A DNA stretch of 64,000 bases from positions 1-64,000 of IMG/VR virus record IMGVR_UViG_3300023174_000102, one strand, 5' to 3'. This document shows positions 49,508 through 58,514 of the stretch, one piece after another. This stretch comes from a virus. Each line of letters starts with the position of its first letter. The stretch's first letter is position 1. The notes beneath the pieces are model-generated. The model ran no database searches. It had not been told where the DNA came from and saw nothing but the letters and a program-made list of their open reading frames with translations. The translations under genes were made by a program, and so were the position numbers.

Positions 49508-50323
49508 ATGACAAAAAATTTACTACATACGGTTATGATTAAGCCAGAAGAAAAACCAGTTCATCGTATGGATATAGCAGGGCTTGAAGCAAAAATTAAA
49601 GAAGGATACACTATTACTCGTGTAGACAAACACACAACAAAGAAAACCTTTGCTCCATCTACTATTGCGTATGGTCACGGAGAGTGTGCAAGATATTGGT
49701 ACCTTGCTTTTGACGGACAGGTATTTGAGGATAATGCCGATGCATATGCAGCAGCAAATATGACTGCTGGAACTTTATCCCATGCAAGAATTCAAAATGC
49801 AATGATGAATGCTGGCATAGTAAAGATTTATCGTGATGAAGATAATCAGGCTACAACAGAGTTTAAGATAAAAAATGAAGATCCACCTATCTTTGGATAT
49901 GGTGATGTCATGTTTGATTGGCAGGGAGAAGAACTCATTGGTGAAATTAAAACAATGATGAACGAAGGGTTTGAATATAGAAAGGCATCAGGCAAGGCCA
50001 AGAATGGTCACTTAATGCAATTACTTATTTATATGAAGATTTTAAAGAGACCAACTGGAATAATGATTTATGAAAATAAAAATAATCATGAACTTCTATT
50101 GATCCCTGTAGATGTAAACGATCATTACCGTCGGTGGGTAGACCAGGCATTTGATTGGATGAGACTAGTTCGCAAGACATGGGAAAACAGAACCCTGCCA
50201 AACAAAAACTATAGATCAAACTCCAAGATATGCAAGTCATGCCCAATTAAAAAAGCATGCGAGTCTGCAGGTCCAGGCGTATTAAAAATAGCGCCCTTGG
50301 AGATTCTCGGTGAAGAATTGTAA
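49508..50323 (+). CDS. Cas4-like PD-(D/E)XK exonuclease
   Basis: CARYWY, GTLSH, GYGD...GEIKT, QLLIY, C-terminal CKSCPIKKAC cluster; TGCTATACT element at 49475. Confidence 0.85.
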   Translation: MTKNLLHTVMIKPEEKPVHRMDIAGLEAKIKEGYTITRVDKHTTKKTFAPSTIAYGHGECARYWYLAFDGQVFEDNADAYAAANMTAGTLSHARIQNAMMNAGIVKIYRDEDNQATTEFKIKNEDPPIFGYGDVMFDWQGEELIGEIKTMMNEGFEYRKASGKAKNGHLMQLLIYMKILKRPTGIMIYENKNNHELLLIPVDVNDHYRRWVDQAFDWMRLVRKTWENRTLPNKNYRSNSKICKSCPIKKACESAGPGVLKIAPLEILGEEL

Positions 50324-50594
50324 GTTTTGTGATAAAAATTTTAGTCAGTCAGTATCTTATCAAATATACTGTTCTGCAGAATGTAGAGATTTAGCAACAA
50401 AAGAAAAAATTGCTGAAAGATACTTACATTCAAAAAGACAAAAGAGAAGGGGGAAGACAAGGCTTTGCAAATCTTGCTCTTCTCCGCTCTCTATATATAA
50501 TGACGATACAATTTGTTCTTCTTGTGTAATAAATCCAGATGCAGTTACAAAAGCAATTAAACAAATAAAGGGTAAAACAAATGGTAAAGAATAA
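50310..50594 (+). CDS. Cys-rich zinc-binding protein
   Basis: CKFC...YCSAEC...CKSC...CSSC; GTG start. Confidence 0.7.
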   Translation: MKNCKFCDKNFSQSVSYQIYCSAECRDLATKEKIAERYLHSKRQKRRGKTRLCKSCSSPLSIYNDDTICSSCVINPDAVTKAIKQIKGKTNGKE

Positions 50595-51171
50595 ATGGGG
50601 CTTAGAAATAAAACCACAAAAAATTTGCGCTATCGATGCAAGTACTAATAGTCTTGCATTTGCTCTGTTTAATGGAGAGGACTTGGAGTCTGTTGGAAAA
50701 ATAAACTTTGATGGAAATGATGTTTATGAAAAAGTCATGGATGCTGGTAAAAAAGTAAAAGCATTTTTTGATATCTACGGTGGCTTTGAAGCAATTATTA
50801 TTGAGCATACTGTATTTATGAATAGCCCAAAGACAGCAGCAGATCTTGCACTAGTTCAAGGAGCAATCCTGGGATCAGCAGGACAAACTGGAACCAAAGT
50901 AATAGGCAAAGTTTCTCCAATAACATGGCAAAACTATATCGGCAATAAAAAAATATCAAAAGATGAGCAACTGTTTATTCGTTCACAAAACCCTGGAAAA
51001 TCAGAATCTTGGTATAAATCTTATGAAAGAAATCTTCGTAAAGAAAGAACAATTAGATTTATTAATACAATATATGATAGAACTATTATTGATAATGATG
51101 TTGCAGATGCTTGTGGTATTGGGCATTGGGCTTTAAAAAATTGGGGGAAAGCAATAGGAGTTGACAAGTAA
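50581..51171 (+). CDS. RuvC-like resolvase/RNase H-fold nuclease
   Basis: AIDAST, IIIE, DNDVADACGIG. Confidence 0.8.
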   Translation: MVKNKWGLEIKPQKICAIDASTNSLAFALFNGEDLESVGKINFDGNDVYEKVMDAGKKVKAFFDIYGGFEAIIIEHTVFMNSPKTAADLALVQGAILGSAGQTGTKVIGKVSPITWQNYIGNKKISKDEQLFIRSQNPGKSESWYKSYERNLRKERTIRFINTIYDRTIIDNDVADACGIGHWALKNWGKAIGVDK

Positions 51172-51189
51172 TACCATGGCTGCTAAACT
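51161..51189 (+). promoter_or_regulatory. sigma70/SigA-type promoter overlapping the start of the small HTH gene
   Basis: TTGACA (51161-66), 17 nt, TAAACT (51184-89) with TG extension. Confidence 0.65.
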
Positions 51190-51331
51190 ATATACAAGTG
51201 AAACCTTTATGCGTAAGAGATATCTTGTGGATAAAAAAACACCTGAAGAGATTGCAAAAGAGTGTGGATGTTCTTTAGAAACCATCTATGTTTATCTTGC
51301 TAAATTTGGATTAAGGAAATCAAAAAGATGA
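51176..51331 (+). CDS. Small HTH protein, 51 aa (absent from ORF track)
   Basis: MAAKLYTSETFMRKRYLVDKKTPEEIAKECGCSLETIYVYLAKFGL. Confidence 0.75.
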   Translation: MAAKLYTSETFMRKRYLVDKKTPEEIAKECGCSLETIYVYLAKFGLRKSKR

Positions 51332-51450
51332 AAAAGATTAAATATCTTATATTTGTTATATCATTAGTTGCAGCAGTTGGAATTTCATATGCGACAGCAA
51401 CCTTGAAAAATATGCCAGAATCATTTGACTGGGAGGAAGATGATGAGTGA
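51328..51450 (+). CDS. Small membrane peptide, 40 aa (absent from ORF track)
   Basis: MKKIKYLIFVISLVAAVGISYATATLKNMPESFDWEEDDE; ATGA coupling; one hydrophobic helix. Confidence 0.6.
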   Translation: MKKIKYLIFVISLVAAVGISYATATLKNMPESFDWEEDDE

Positions 51451-51685
51451 AAATTTAAACATAACTGTTGATCAGGTCAATCATCCAACACACTATACTA
51501 CAGATCCTTCTGGAGTTGAATGTATTCAAATTACACGTCATCGCAATTTTAACATTGGGAATGCCTTTAAGTATTTGTGGAGAGCAGGTATTAAAGATGA
51601 GTCTAAGACTATTCAAGATTTAGAAAAAGCAATTTTTTATATTAAAGATGAAATTAATAGACTAGAGGGAAAGTATGTCAACTGA
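51440..51685 (+). CDS. DUF3310 family protein (T7 gp1.7-like nucleotide kinase family)
   Basis: DQVNHPTHY...VECI...GNAFKYLWRAGIK...QDLEKAIFYI. Confidence 0.85.
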   Translation: MMSENLNITVDQVNHPTHYTTDPSGVECIQITRHRNFNIGNAFKYLWRAGIKDESKTIQDLEKAIFYIKDEINRLEGKYVN

Positions 51686-52211
51686 AGATGATCTAGTTAA
51701 GCATCTTGATCAGGTAAATCAGGTTGTAGAAGAATATTTAAAAGGCAATGACCCAACAGTAATTTCAAAACAATTGTCTATACCAAGACAAAAGGTAGTA
51801 ACACTTATTAATGAGTGGAAGGTCATGGCATCTGCTAATGATGCTATTCGTGCTCGTGCTAAAGAAGCACTTGCTGCTGCAGATACACATTACAGCAAGT
51901 TAGTCTCAAGAACATATGAAGTTATTGATGAAGCATCAATGACAAACAATCTTAGTGCAAAAACTGCTGCAATTAAACTTGTCATGGATATTGAATCTAA
52001 AAGAATTGATATGCTGCAAAAGGCTGGGCTGCTCGAAAACAAAGAACTTGCAGAAGAAATGATTGAGATTGAACGTCGTCAAGAAGTTCTTGTCGGCATT
52101 CTAAAAGACATTGCGTCTGAGTATCCACAAGTGCGTGATGAAATCATGCGTAGATTATCTTCATTTGCAAAAGACAATGAGGTGATTACAGTTGTCCACG
52201 ATGTTCAATGA
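51675..52211 (+). CDS. HTH protein, probable terminase small subunit
   Basis: N-terminal HTH (PTVISKQLSIPRQKV), helical body, overlaps the large terminase. Confidence 0.6.
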   Translation: MSTEDDLVKHLDQVNQVVEEYLKGNDPTVISKQLSIPRQKVVTLINEWKVMASANDAIRARAKEALAAADTHYSKLVSRTYEVIDEASMTNNLSAKTAAIKLVMDIESKRIDMLQKAGLLENKELAEEMIEIERRQEVLVGILKDIASEYPQVRDEIMRRLSSFAKDNEVITVVHDVQ

Positions 52212-53976
52212 GTTTCTTGAGGCACTTCAAGACGATCATTTTGAAGAAACCCCAGTAGATGCAAGAACATTTGTTGAGGGTGAAGAATACCTTGGACAGC
52301 CACCATTATCAGACATTCAGTACGATATTGTTGAGGCAATGAGTCAAATTTATCGTAAAGAGGATTTGATTAATATAATGGGGGAAGAAAAAGGCACTCA
52401 GTACTACAACAAATATACAAAAAATGAAATCATTCTGCAACTTGGCAAGGGATCTGGAAAAGACTTTACATCAACTGTAGCATGCTCATACATCGTATAT
52501 AAACTTCTATGCTTAAAAGACCCAGCAAAGTATTTTGGTAAGCCCTCTGGAGATGCTATTGACCTCATTAACGTTGCTATTAATGCTCAGCAGGCCAAGA
52601 ATGTTTTCTTTAAAGGTTTTAAAACAAAGATTGAAAAGTCACCTTGGTTTATTGGAAAGTATAATGCAAAAGCAGATTCTGTTGAGTTTAATAAATCAAT
52701 CACTGTTTATTCTGGTCACTCAGAACGTGAATCACATGAGGGCTTAAACCTCTTGCTTGCAGTTCTTGATGAGATTTCTGGTTTTGCATCTGAGGTTGGA
52801 ACAGGAAACGAACAGGGAAAAACTGCTGACAACATATATAAGGCTTTTCGTGGTTCGGTAGACTCTCGTTTTCCAGACCTAGGAAAGGTTGTTTTGCTTT
52901 CTTTCCCAAGATATCCAGGTGACTTTATTTCAGAAAGATACGATGCTGTTATTGCAGACAAAGATGTAATAGAAAGAACTCATGAGTTTGTAATTAACCC
53001 ACTACTTCCAGATTCAGATCCAGACAATAAATTTCAAATATCTTGGGATGAAGACCAAATCCTTTCATATAAATATCCAGGGGTATTTGCATTAAAGCGT
53101 CCGACATGGGAAGTAAACCCAACAAGAAAGATTGACGATTTTAAAATTGCTTTTATGACAGATCTTGGTGATGCAATGATGCGATTTGCTTGTGTCCCAA
53201 CATTTGCATCGGATGCTTTTTTTAAGCAGGTAGACAAAGTTAGATCTTGTATGACCTTAAGAAATCCAGTAGATAATTTTAAAAGATTTGAAGAGTCTTT
53301 TAAGCCAGACCCAAATAAAAAATATTATGTACACGCAGACCTTGCACAAAAGCATGACAAGTGTGCAGTAGCAATTGCTCATGTAGAAAAATGGGTAAAT
53401 ATTCAAGTAATAAATAATTATGAGCAGGTAGCCCCAATAGTAGTAGTAGATGCTGTTGCTTGGTGGGAGCCTAAGATTGAGGGGCCAGTAAACTTATCAG
53501 AAGTAAAGCAGTGGATTCAAAATCTTAGAAGAATTGGTTTTGATATTGGAATGGTTTCATTTGACCGTTGGCAGTCATTTGACATTCAAAACGAATTAAA
53601 ACAAGTTGGAATGAAAACTGATACTGTTTCTGTTGGCAAGAAGCATTATGAAGATATGGCAATGCTTGTGTATGAAGAAAGATTGGCAATGCCAGCAATT
53701 GATCTACTATTTGATGAATTGACACAACTAAAGATCATGCCAAATAATAGAGTTGATCACCCAAGAAAGAAGTCAAAGGACTTGGCTGATGCCGTGTGTG
53801 GTGCCATTTTTGGTGCAATATCTCATACTCCTAAAAATATAGACACTGAAGTAGAGATTCATACATTTAAAGATAGGCCAAAGCAGTTTGACTCCGATCA
53901 TGGCAACGTGATACAATATAATCCTAGCCAAATAGAAGAAATTAAAGACTATCTGGATAGGCTAAAAACACTATAA
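52192..53976 (+). CDS. terL: Terminase large subunit
   Basis: GKGSGKD Walker A, AVLDE Walker B, HADLAQKHD, FDRWQS and DHP...SKDLADAV nuclease motifs. Confidence 0.92.
   Translation: MSTMFNEFLEALQDDHFEETPVDARTFVEGEEYLGQPPLSDIQYDIVEAMSQIYRKEDLINIMGEEKGTQYYNKYTKNEIILQLGKGSGKDFTSTVACSYIVYKLLCLKDPAKYFGKPSGDAIDLINVAINAQQAKNVFFKGFKTKIEKSPWFIGKYNAKADSVEFNKSITVYSGHSERESHEGLNLLLAVLDEISGFASEVGTGNEQGKTADNIYKAFRGSVDSRFPDLGKVVLLSFPRYPGDFISERYDAVIADKDVIERTHEFVINPLLPDSDPDNKFQISWDEDQILSYKYPGVFALKRPTWEVNPTRKIDDFKIAFMTDLGDAMMRFACVPTFASDAFFKQVDKVRSCMTLRNPVDNFKRFEESFKPDPNKKYYVHADLAQKHDKCAVAIAHVEKWVNIQVINNYEQVAPIVVVDAVAWWEPKIEGPVNLSEVKQWIQNLRRIGFDIGMVSFDRWQSFDIQNELKQVGMKTDTVSVGKKHYEDMAMLVYEERLAMPAIDLLFDELTQLKIMPNNRVDHPRKKSKDLADAVCGAIFGAISHTPKNIDTEVEIHTFKDRPKQFDSDHGNVIQYNPSQIEEIKDYLDRLKTL
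53888..53917 (+). promoter_or_regulatory. sigma70/SigA-type promoter inside the terL 3' end
   Basis: TTGACT, 18 nt, TACAAT with TG extension. Confidence 0.6.
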
Positions 53977-53995
53977 AAGAAAAGGAATAAATTAA

Positions 53996-55123
53996 ATGAA
54001 CTCATTTAAGAAAATCGCTCTAGCCATGGTTGCAGCCATGACTACCGCAACAATCATAGCAACACCTGCAAGTGCTGCTGTAATGACAGTCGCTGTATCA
54101 TTGGACGGAACTGCTAATACAACAGCATCCGCAATTGCTACACCTGCTGCATTGCCAGTCCCTGCAGACAACTCAGTTGACGCTGCTGATGCACTTAAGT
54201 TTGTAGCAACAGTAGATGCTGGAACATCAGTTACAGCAGTAGCAACAAACGCAACAATCGTGTCTGCACTACACACATCTGCTGCACCAGTAGGAGCAAC
54301 ATCAGGATCATCATCTTTGACAGTTGCAACTGGTACAGGAACAACAGCAACATTTTATGTCTATACAAAGACAACAGCAATTGGTACAGTTGCTATTACA
54401 AATGGTGGAACAACACTTACATACTACGTACAGGGAACTGCTGGAAAGATTAATAATCTAACAGTATCTGCTCCTGCTGCTGGTGCTGCTGGTACAAAGC
54501 AAGACATCACAGTAACAGCAACTGACGTATTTGGAAATAAGGTTTCAGGTAAGTCAATTACTGCAACAGTGTTTGCTGCAACAGCAACAGTTGATTCAGC
54601 AACAGCAACAACTGGCGCAACACTTTCAGACTTTGGAGTTGCAAAGTTTGCTGCAACACTTCCAACAACTGGAACACGAGCACTAATTATGTTTGCTCCA
54701 ACAACTTCAACAGATGGAACATCTGCAGATGTAGTTGGTCTAACAGCACGTACACTTGCTCCATTTGCAGAGATTGCAGTTCGTGATCTAGTATCAGAAC
54801 TTGCTGCTGCTAATGCTGCTAAGGATGCAGCAATTGCTGCTAAGGCTACATCAGATGCTGCAGTTGTAAAGTCTGCTGCAGATGCTGCTGCTGCTAAGGT
54901 TGCTTCAGATGCTGCTCTTGCAGCAGAAAAGGCTGCTTCAGCAAAGGCACTAGTAGATGCTAAGGTTGCATCAGATAAGGCACTTGCTGATAAGGATGCA
55001 CAGATTGCTAAGTTGACTGCAGATAATGCTGCAGTGCTTGCAACTCTAAAGGCATCATTCAATGCACTTGCTAAGCAATGGAATGCAAAGAATCCAAAGG
55101 CTAAGGTTACTTTGGTTAAGTAA
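53996..55123 (+). CDS. Secreted/cell-surface Ala/Thr-rich protein with Ig-like region and coiled-coil tail
   Basis: Signal peptide MNSFKKIALAMVAAMTTATIIATPASA; VTATDVFGNKV Ig-like motif; Ala/Lys/Asp coiled coil. Confidence 0.7.
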   Translation: MNSFKKIALAMVAAMTTATIIATPASAAVMTVAVSLDGTANTTASAIATPAALPVPADNSVDAADALKFVATVDAGTSVTAVATNATIVSALHTSAAPVGATSGSSSLTVATGTGTTATFYVYTKTTAIGTVAITNGGTTLTYYVQGTAGKINNLTVSAPAAGAAGTKQDITVTATDVFGNKVSGKSITATVFAATATVDSATATTGATLSDFGVAKFAATLPTTGTRALIMFAPTTSTDGTSADVVGLTARTLAPFAEIAVRDLVSELAAANAAKDAAIAAKATSDAAVVKSAADAAAAKVASDAALAAEKAASAKALVDAKVASDKALADKDAQIAKLTADNAAVLATLKASFNALAKQWNAKNPKAKVTLVK

Positions 55124-55136
55124 TTAATCCAACACT

Positions 55137-55169
55137 AAAGGGGTTGCCAATTAAGGTAGCCCCTTTTTT
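55137..55169 (+). terminator. Rho-independent terminator
   Basis: GGGGTTGCC-AATTAA-GGTAGCCCC-TTTTTT. Confidence 0.88.
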
Positions 55170-55180
55170 GTGCAATAAAA

Positions 55181-55189
55181 TGGTATAAT
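55181..55189 (+). promoter_or_regulatory. Extended -10 promoter element (TGGTATAAT)
   Basis: Directly after the terminator. Confidence 0.65.
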
Positions 55190-55227
55190 CATCCTAACAG
55201 ACATCTTGTCTGCAAGGGGGAAGGCAA

Positions 55228-57384
55228 ATAAAACGAATAATACGCATAGTAACAGCAACAGTTTTAGCCTTTGGCTGGCTTTTTATAGCACCCCAAGATG
55301 CTCATTCTGATGACCCTCTAACTGTTTCAGCCAAGGAAATTGAAAACCTCAATAGCGCAGTAGATAAATTAGACTATAAAGATGGTCTAATAAATATGAT
55401 TGATATAGCAGAGAACAAGTTTATGTACGCTAAAAATCTGCGGGATATCAGAGATGTCTCAATTAAAAACTACGAAGATGCAGTAGAAGCAGAAGCCTTG
55501 GCATTAGAAGCAAAAGATATTGCTCAGTCAAATGTAGATGGTCAGACAGTATTGATTGGTTTAGCCCTTGAAAATAAAAATGATGCCAAAGATGCACTTG
55601 ATCTAGCCAATATAAATTTACAAACTGCACAATCAAATTTGCAAAGTGCAAGTGGTCAAGGACTTAGATATGATGTTTATAGTTTAATTAGACAAAATGG
55701 CCAGGCCGTACCCTATCAATACCTATGTTCTGGTGTTTTAAATGGAAATGCTATGTCTCCTGGATCTGCTACATGTGGATATTATCAGAATTTTATTGTT
55801 AAATTTACTGGAAAAATAACAGTTCCTTCATGGTTTACATCAACAAAATTTGCAGGATACACAGATGATGGCTTTAAAATGTATGTCAATGGAAACCTTG
55901 CTATAAATAATTGGCGAGAGCAGGGAACAACTTGGAGTGCATATTCTCCAATATACGATGTAAGTGAAGAGAAAGAATTAAATGTAGAGATTTGGTGGTA
56001 TAACGGTGGTGGTCCAGGATATTATCATCTAGGTTGGGGAATCCCTTATGACTCATCTGGTAGTTTAGGTTGGACTGGTGCAGGATGTGATTATGCTGGA
56101 AATCCAAGAGTATGGGGACAAAACTTTAGTTGTAATCTCAATACATTTTCATCTGGTTCTGAACCAACACAGCAACAACTTGATGCGTATAATCAAGCGT
56201 TATCTGATAAAAATGCAGCACAACAAAATTATAATGATAAATTAACTATTTATAATGCAGAAGTTGCTACATTAAACTCATACAATCAAGAATTAACTAA
56301 CAAAACATCTGAGTATGACAATGCAGTAAATGATACAGAAGATGCTTTATCTGAAAAAAATAATTCTATATCTAATTTTAATAATGCCGTACTTGATGTT
56401 AATAGTGCAATTGATGACGCATGGCGTTACTATGATGAGCAATCACAAAGAGAAATTCAAAGAGCAATTGCTCAGGCAGCAGCCAACGCTGCAGCAAACC
56501 AGCCAAAGCCAGAGCCATCTCCAAAGCCAACAGAAGAGGCACCAAAGCCAAAGCCTTCTCCAGTACCAACAGATAAGCCTGAGCCTCAGCCAAGCAATGT
56601 TACTGGAACAGAAGAACCAGGTCCAAAGCCAACACAACCAGGTCCAAAGCCTACAGAGCCTGGACCTAAGCCAGATCCAACAGATAACCCAAAGCCTGAG
56701 CCTACAAAGCCAGAGCACCCTAAGCCAACACCTACAGAAGAGCCTAAGCCAAAGCCAGAGCCTGCTCCAGAGCCTTCTGTCGAGCCTTTACCAGAGCCTA
56801 AACCACTTCCAAGGCCAGACTTCAAGCCAGCAGAAAATCTTGATCCAGCAATCAAAGATGCAGCGTTAGCAGCACTTATCCCAGAAAAGGGTACAGGAAA
56901 TGCAGAAGACTTGTCTGGTGTTATTGCAAACCTTACAAGCAAGGATAATAAATTAGTTAAACTTTCTGTAGAGCAAACAGCAGCAGTTAGCCAAACCCTC
57001 AAGTCTTTAACACAAGAAGCAAAAACACAAGTTGCTGAGAAACTTGGTATTTCTGCATCAGAAGTTGCAAAAGTTGCAGATCAAATAAAATCTAACCCAG
57101 CACTTGCTGCTGCATTTGTTGCATTTAATGATAAAGCAGTAGAAGCAGGAGATACTCCAATGCCATTTACATTAGCAGATGCAGTAACAGAAGTACAAAC
57201 AGATGAATTTTTAGCAGACCCACTTGGAGCAGTATTTGCAGTGGATCCATTAGAACTTTTATCCAATTTTTCTGAGTTGGGTATGGACATGACAGATGAT
57301 CAGAGAGAAAAAGCACAAGAAGTAATTGTCCCAGTGGTCATTGCATCACAAATTGCAGGGGCAATGATAAGGAGGAACAAATGA
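55228..57384 (+). CDS. Secreted, C-terminally anchored PA14-domain protein with coiled coils and Pro-rich stalk; probable ATA start
   Basis: PA14 motif FIVKFTGKITVP...TDDGFKMYVNGNLAINNW...WYNGGG; frame open 56 codons upstream of ATG 55396 and encodes a signal peptide; hydrophobic C-terminus ending RRNK. Confidence 0.75.
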   Translation: MKRIIRIVTATVLAFGWLFIAPQDAHSDDPLTVSAKEIENLNSAVDKLDYKDGLINMIDIAENKFMYAKNLRDIRDVSIKNYEDAVEAEALALEAKDIAQSNVDGQTVLIGLALENKNDAKDALDLANINLQTAQSNLQSASGQGLRYDVYSLIRQNGQAVPYQYLCSGVLNGNAMSPGSATCGYYQNFIVKFTGKITVPSWFTSTKFAGYTDDGFKMYVNGNLAINNWREQGTTWSAYSPIYDVSEEKELNVEIWWYNGGGPGYYHLGWGIPYDSSGSLGWTGAGCDYAGNPRVWGQNFSCNLNTFSSGSEPTQQQLDAYNQALSDKNAAQQNYNDKLTIYNAEVATLNSYNQELTNKTSEYDNAVNDTEDALSEKNNSISNFNNAVLDVNSAIDDAWRYYDEQSQREIQRAIAQAAANAAANQPKPEPSPKPTEEAPKPKPSPVPTDKPEPQPSNVTGTEEPGPKPTQPGPKPTEPGPKPDPTDNPKPEPTKPEHPKPTPTEEPKPKPEPAPEPSVEPLPEPKPLPRPDFKPAENLDPAIKDAALAALIPEKGTGNAEDLSGVIANLTSKDNKLVKLSVEQTAAVSQTLKSLTQEAKTQVAEKLGISASEVAKVADQIKSNPALAAAFVAFNDKAVEAGDTPMPFTLADAVTEVQTDEFLADPLGAVFAVDPLELLSNFSELGMDMTDDQREKAQEVIVPVVIASQIAGAMIRRNK
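56500..56830 (+). repeat. Pro/Lys/Glu/Thr-rich imperfect repeats (PKPEP, PGPKPT)
   Basis: Repeated CCAAAGCC/CCAGGTCCAAAGCC units. Confidence 0.85.
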
Positions 57385-57608
57385 AAATAATCAATAAAGC
57401 CATCAACCTAGTAGGCAAAATGCTAAAGGGATTAATTAAATGGTTTAAAGATGCAGGAATGGAATTAATTGCACAGGCATTTACCCTCCTTGGCTTCTTT
57501 ATCGCATGGCTAACTTTGACGGGATCAGCAAGAGATATTGTTGGTATTGCAGTACTTGCAACAACAGTTATTTGGCTAATCACAATTCCACTAAGAAAGG
57601 AGGACTAA
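57381..57608 (+). CDS. Small two-TM membrane protein
   Basis: Two hydrophobic segments; AGGAGG RBS; ATGA coupling. Confidence 0.7.
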   Translation: MKIINKAINLVGKMLKGLIKWFKDAGMELIAQAFTLLGFFIAWLTLTGSARDIVGIAVLATTVIWLITIPLRKED

Positions 57609-57609
57609 A

Positions 57610-57897
57610 ATGGCAACAAGAAAAAAGGTAGTAGAGACTCCTAAGAAAGAGCACCCACAAAAGGCTTTGACAAATGTTTTGATGCGTATTGTAGCAGTGT
57701 TTGCTGCTTCTGGTCTGTCAGTACTTGGTGCTGGAGCAGTAGTAGGAATTGACACAGTTCAGGCAGTAATGCTTGCAGGTTTATTAGGCGTAGCAACAGT
57801 CATTGAAAGACTAGCAAGGGCTTTTTTGGACGATGGAAAACTTACAATCGCAGAAATAAATGATGCATTTAAGACTGTAGACAAAAAGGCTAATTAG
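57610..57897 (+). CDS. Small membrane protein, possibly holin-like
   Basis: Two hydrophobic segments then DDGKLTIAEINDAF; AAGGAGG RBS. Confidence 0.6.
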   Translation: MATRKKVVETPKKEHPQKALTNVLMRIVAVFAASGLSVLGAGAVVGIDTVQAVMLAGLLGVATVIERLARAFLDDGKLTIAEINDAFKTVDKKAN

Positions 57898-57913
57898 TCA
57901 TTGTAGGTTATAG

Positions 57914-57943
57914 TTGACAGCCCTCTCTGGGTGATGGTATACT
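57914..57943 (+). promoter_or_regulatory. sigma70/SigA-type promoter
   Basis: TTGACA, 18 nt, TATACT with TG extension. Confidence 0.8.
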
Positions 57944-57974
57944 TAAGTGTTAACTATCTAGAGAGGGTTTTGTC

Positions 57975-58499
57975 ATGACCTGTATTGTTGCTTTACGCCA
58001 TGAAGATAAAATTTATATGGCAGGAGATCGTGGAGCATCAGATGATGGGGTCATTCTTTCTCTTGAATCACCTAAAGTTTGGAAAACTGGACCATACCTA
58101 ATTGGATATGCTGGATCAATGGATGGTGAAAGAATGAGACATAACTTTAAACCAACTGCTCCAAATATTAAAGATACAGACAAGTTTATGCAAACAAAGT
58201 TTGTAAAAGAACTTCGTGAATTTTATAACGAGTTCTGGATTGACACATCAAAAGATGGAGAGTTTAGTTTAATAATTGGTATTCGTGGTGAAATATATGA
58301 ACATAGTTCTGGAGATATGTCTTTATCTAAATATTCATTACCATATGTTTCTATAGGCTCTGGATCAGAATATGCATATGGAGTTATGTATGCAACAGAT
58401 AAGCAAAAAAATGCAAGGAACAGAGTACAGCAAGCAGTATCTGCAGCAATTAAATTTAACCCATCATGCATGGGACCAGTTGACATCATAAGTGCTTAG
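57975..58499 (+). CDS. Ntn-hydrolase of the HslV/proteasome-beta family
   Basis: M-T-CIV start (Thr1 nucleophile), AGDR, PKV, IGYAGS, SIGSGSEYAYG. Confidence 0.8.
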   Translation: MTCIVALRHEDKIYMAGDRGASDDGVILSLESPKVWKTGPYLIGYAGSMDGERMRHNFKPTAPNIKDTDKFMQTKFVKELREFYNEFWIDTSKDGEFSLIIGIRGEIYEHSSGDMSLSKYSLPYVSIGSGSEYAYGVMYATDKQKNARNRVQQAVSAAIKFNPSCMGPVDIISA

Positions 58500-58508
58500 G
58501 AGTATACT
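58480..58508 (+). promoter_or_regulatory. sigma70/SigA-type promoter, leaderless start at 58515
   Basis: TTGACA, 17 nt, TATACT, then 6 nt to ATG. Confidence 0.75.
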
Positions 58509-58514
58509 TAGTAT

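Noticed and set aside
49508-50323. CRISPR-Cas system
   Set aside because: Solo Cas4-like nuclease in a recombination cluster; no cas1/cas2 or array seen
8650-53976. Inteins or introns in nrdJ, dnaB, dnaE, recA or terL
   Set aside because: All are continuous ORFs of ordinary or compact length with no Hint motifs seen
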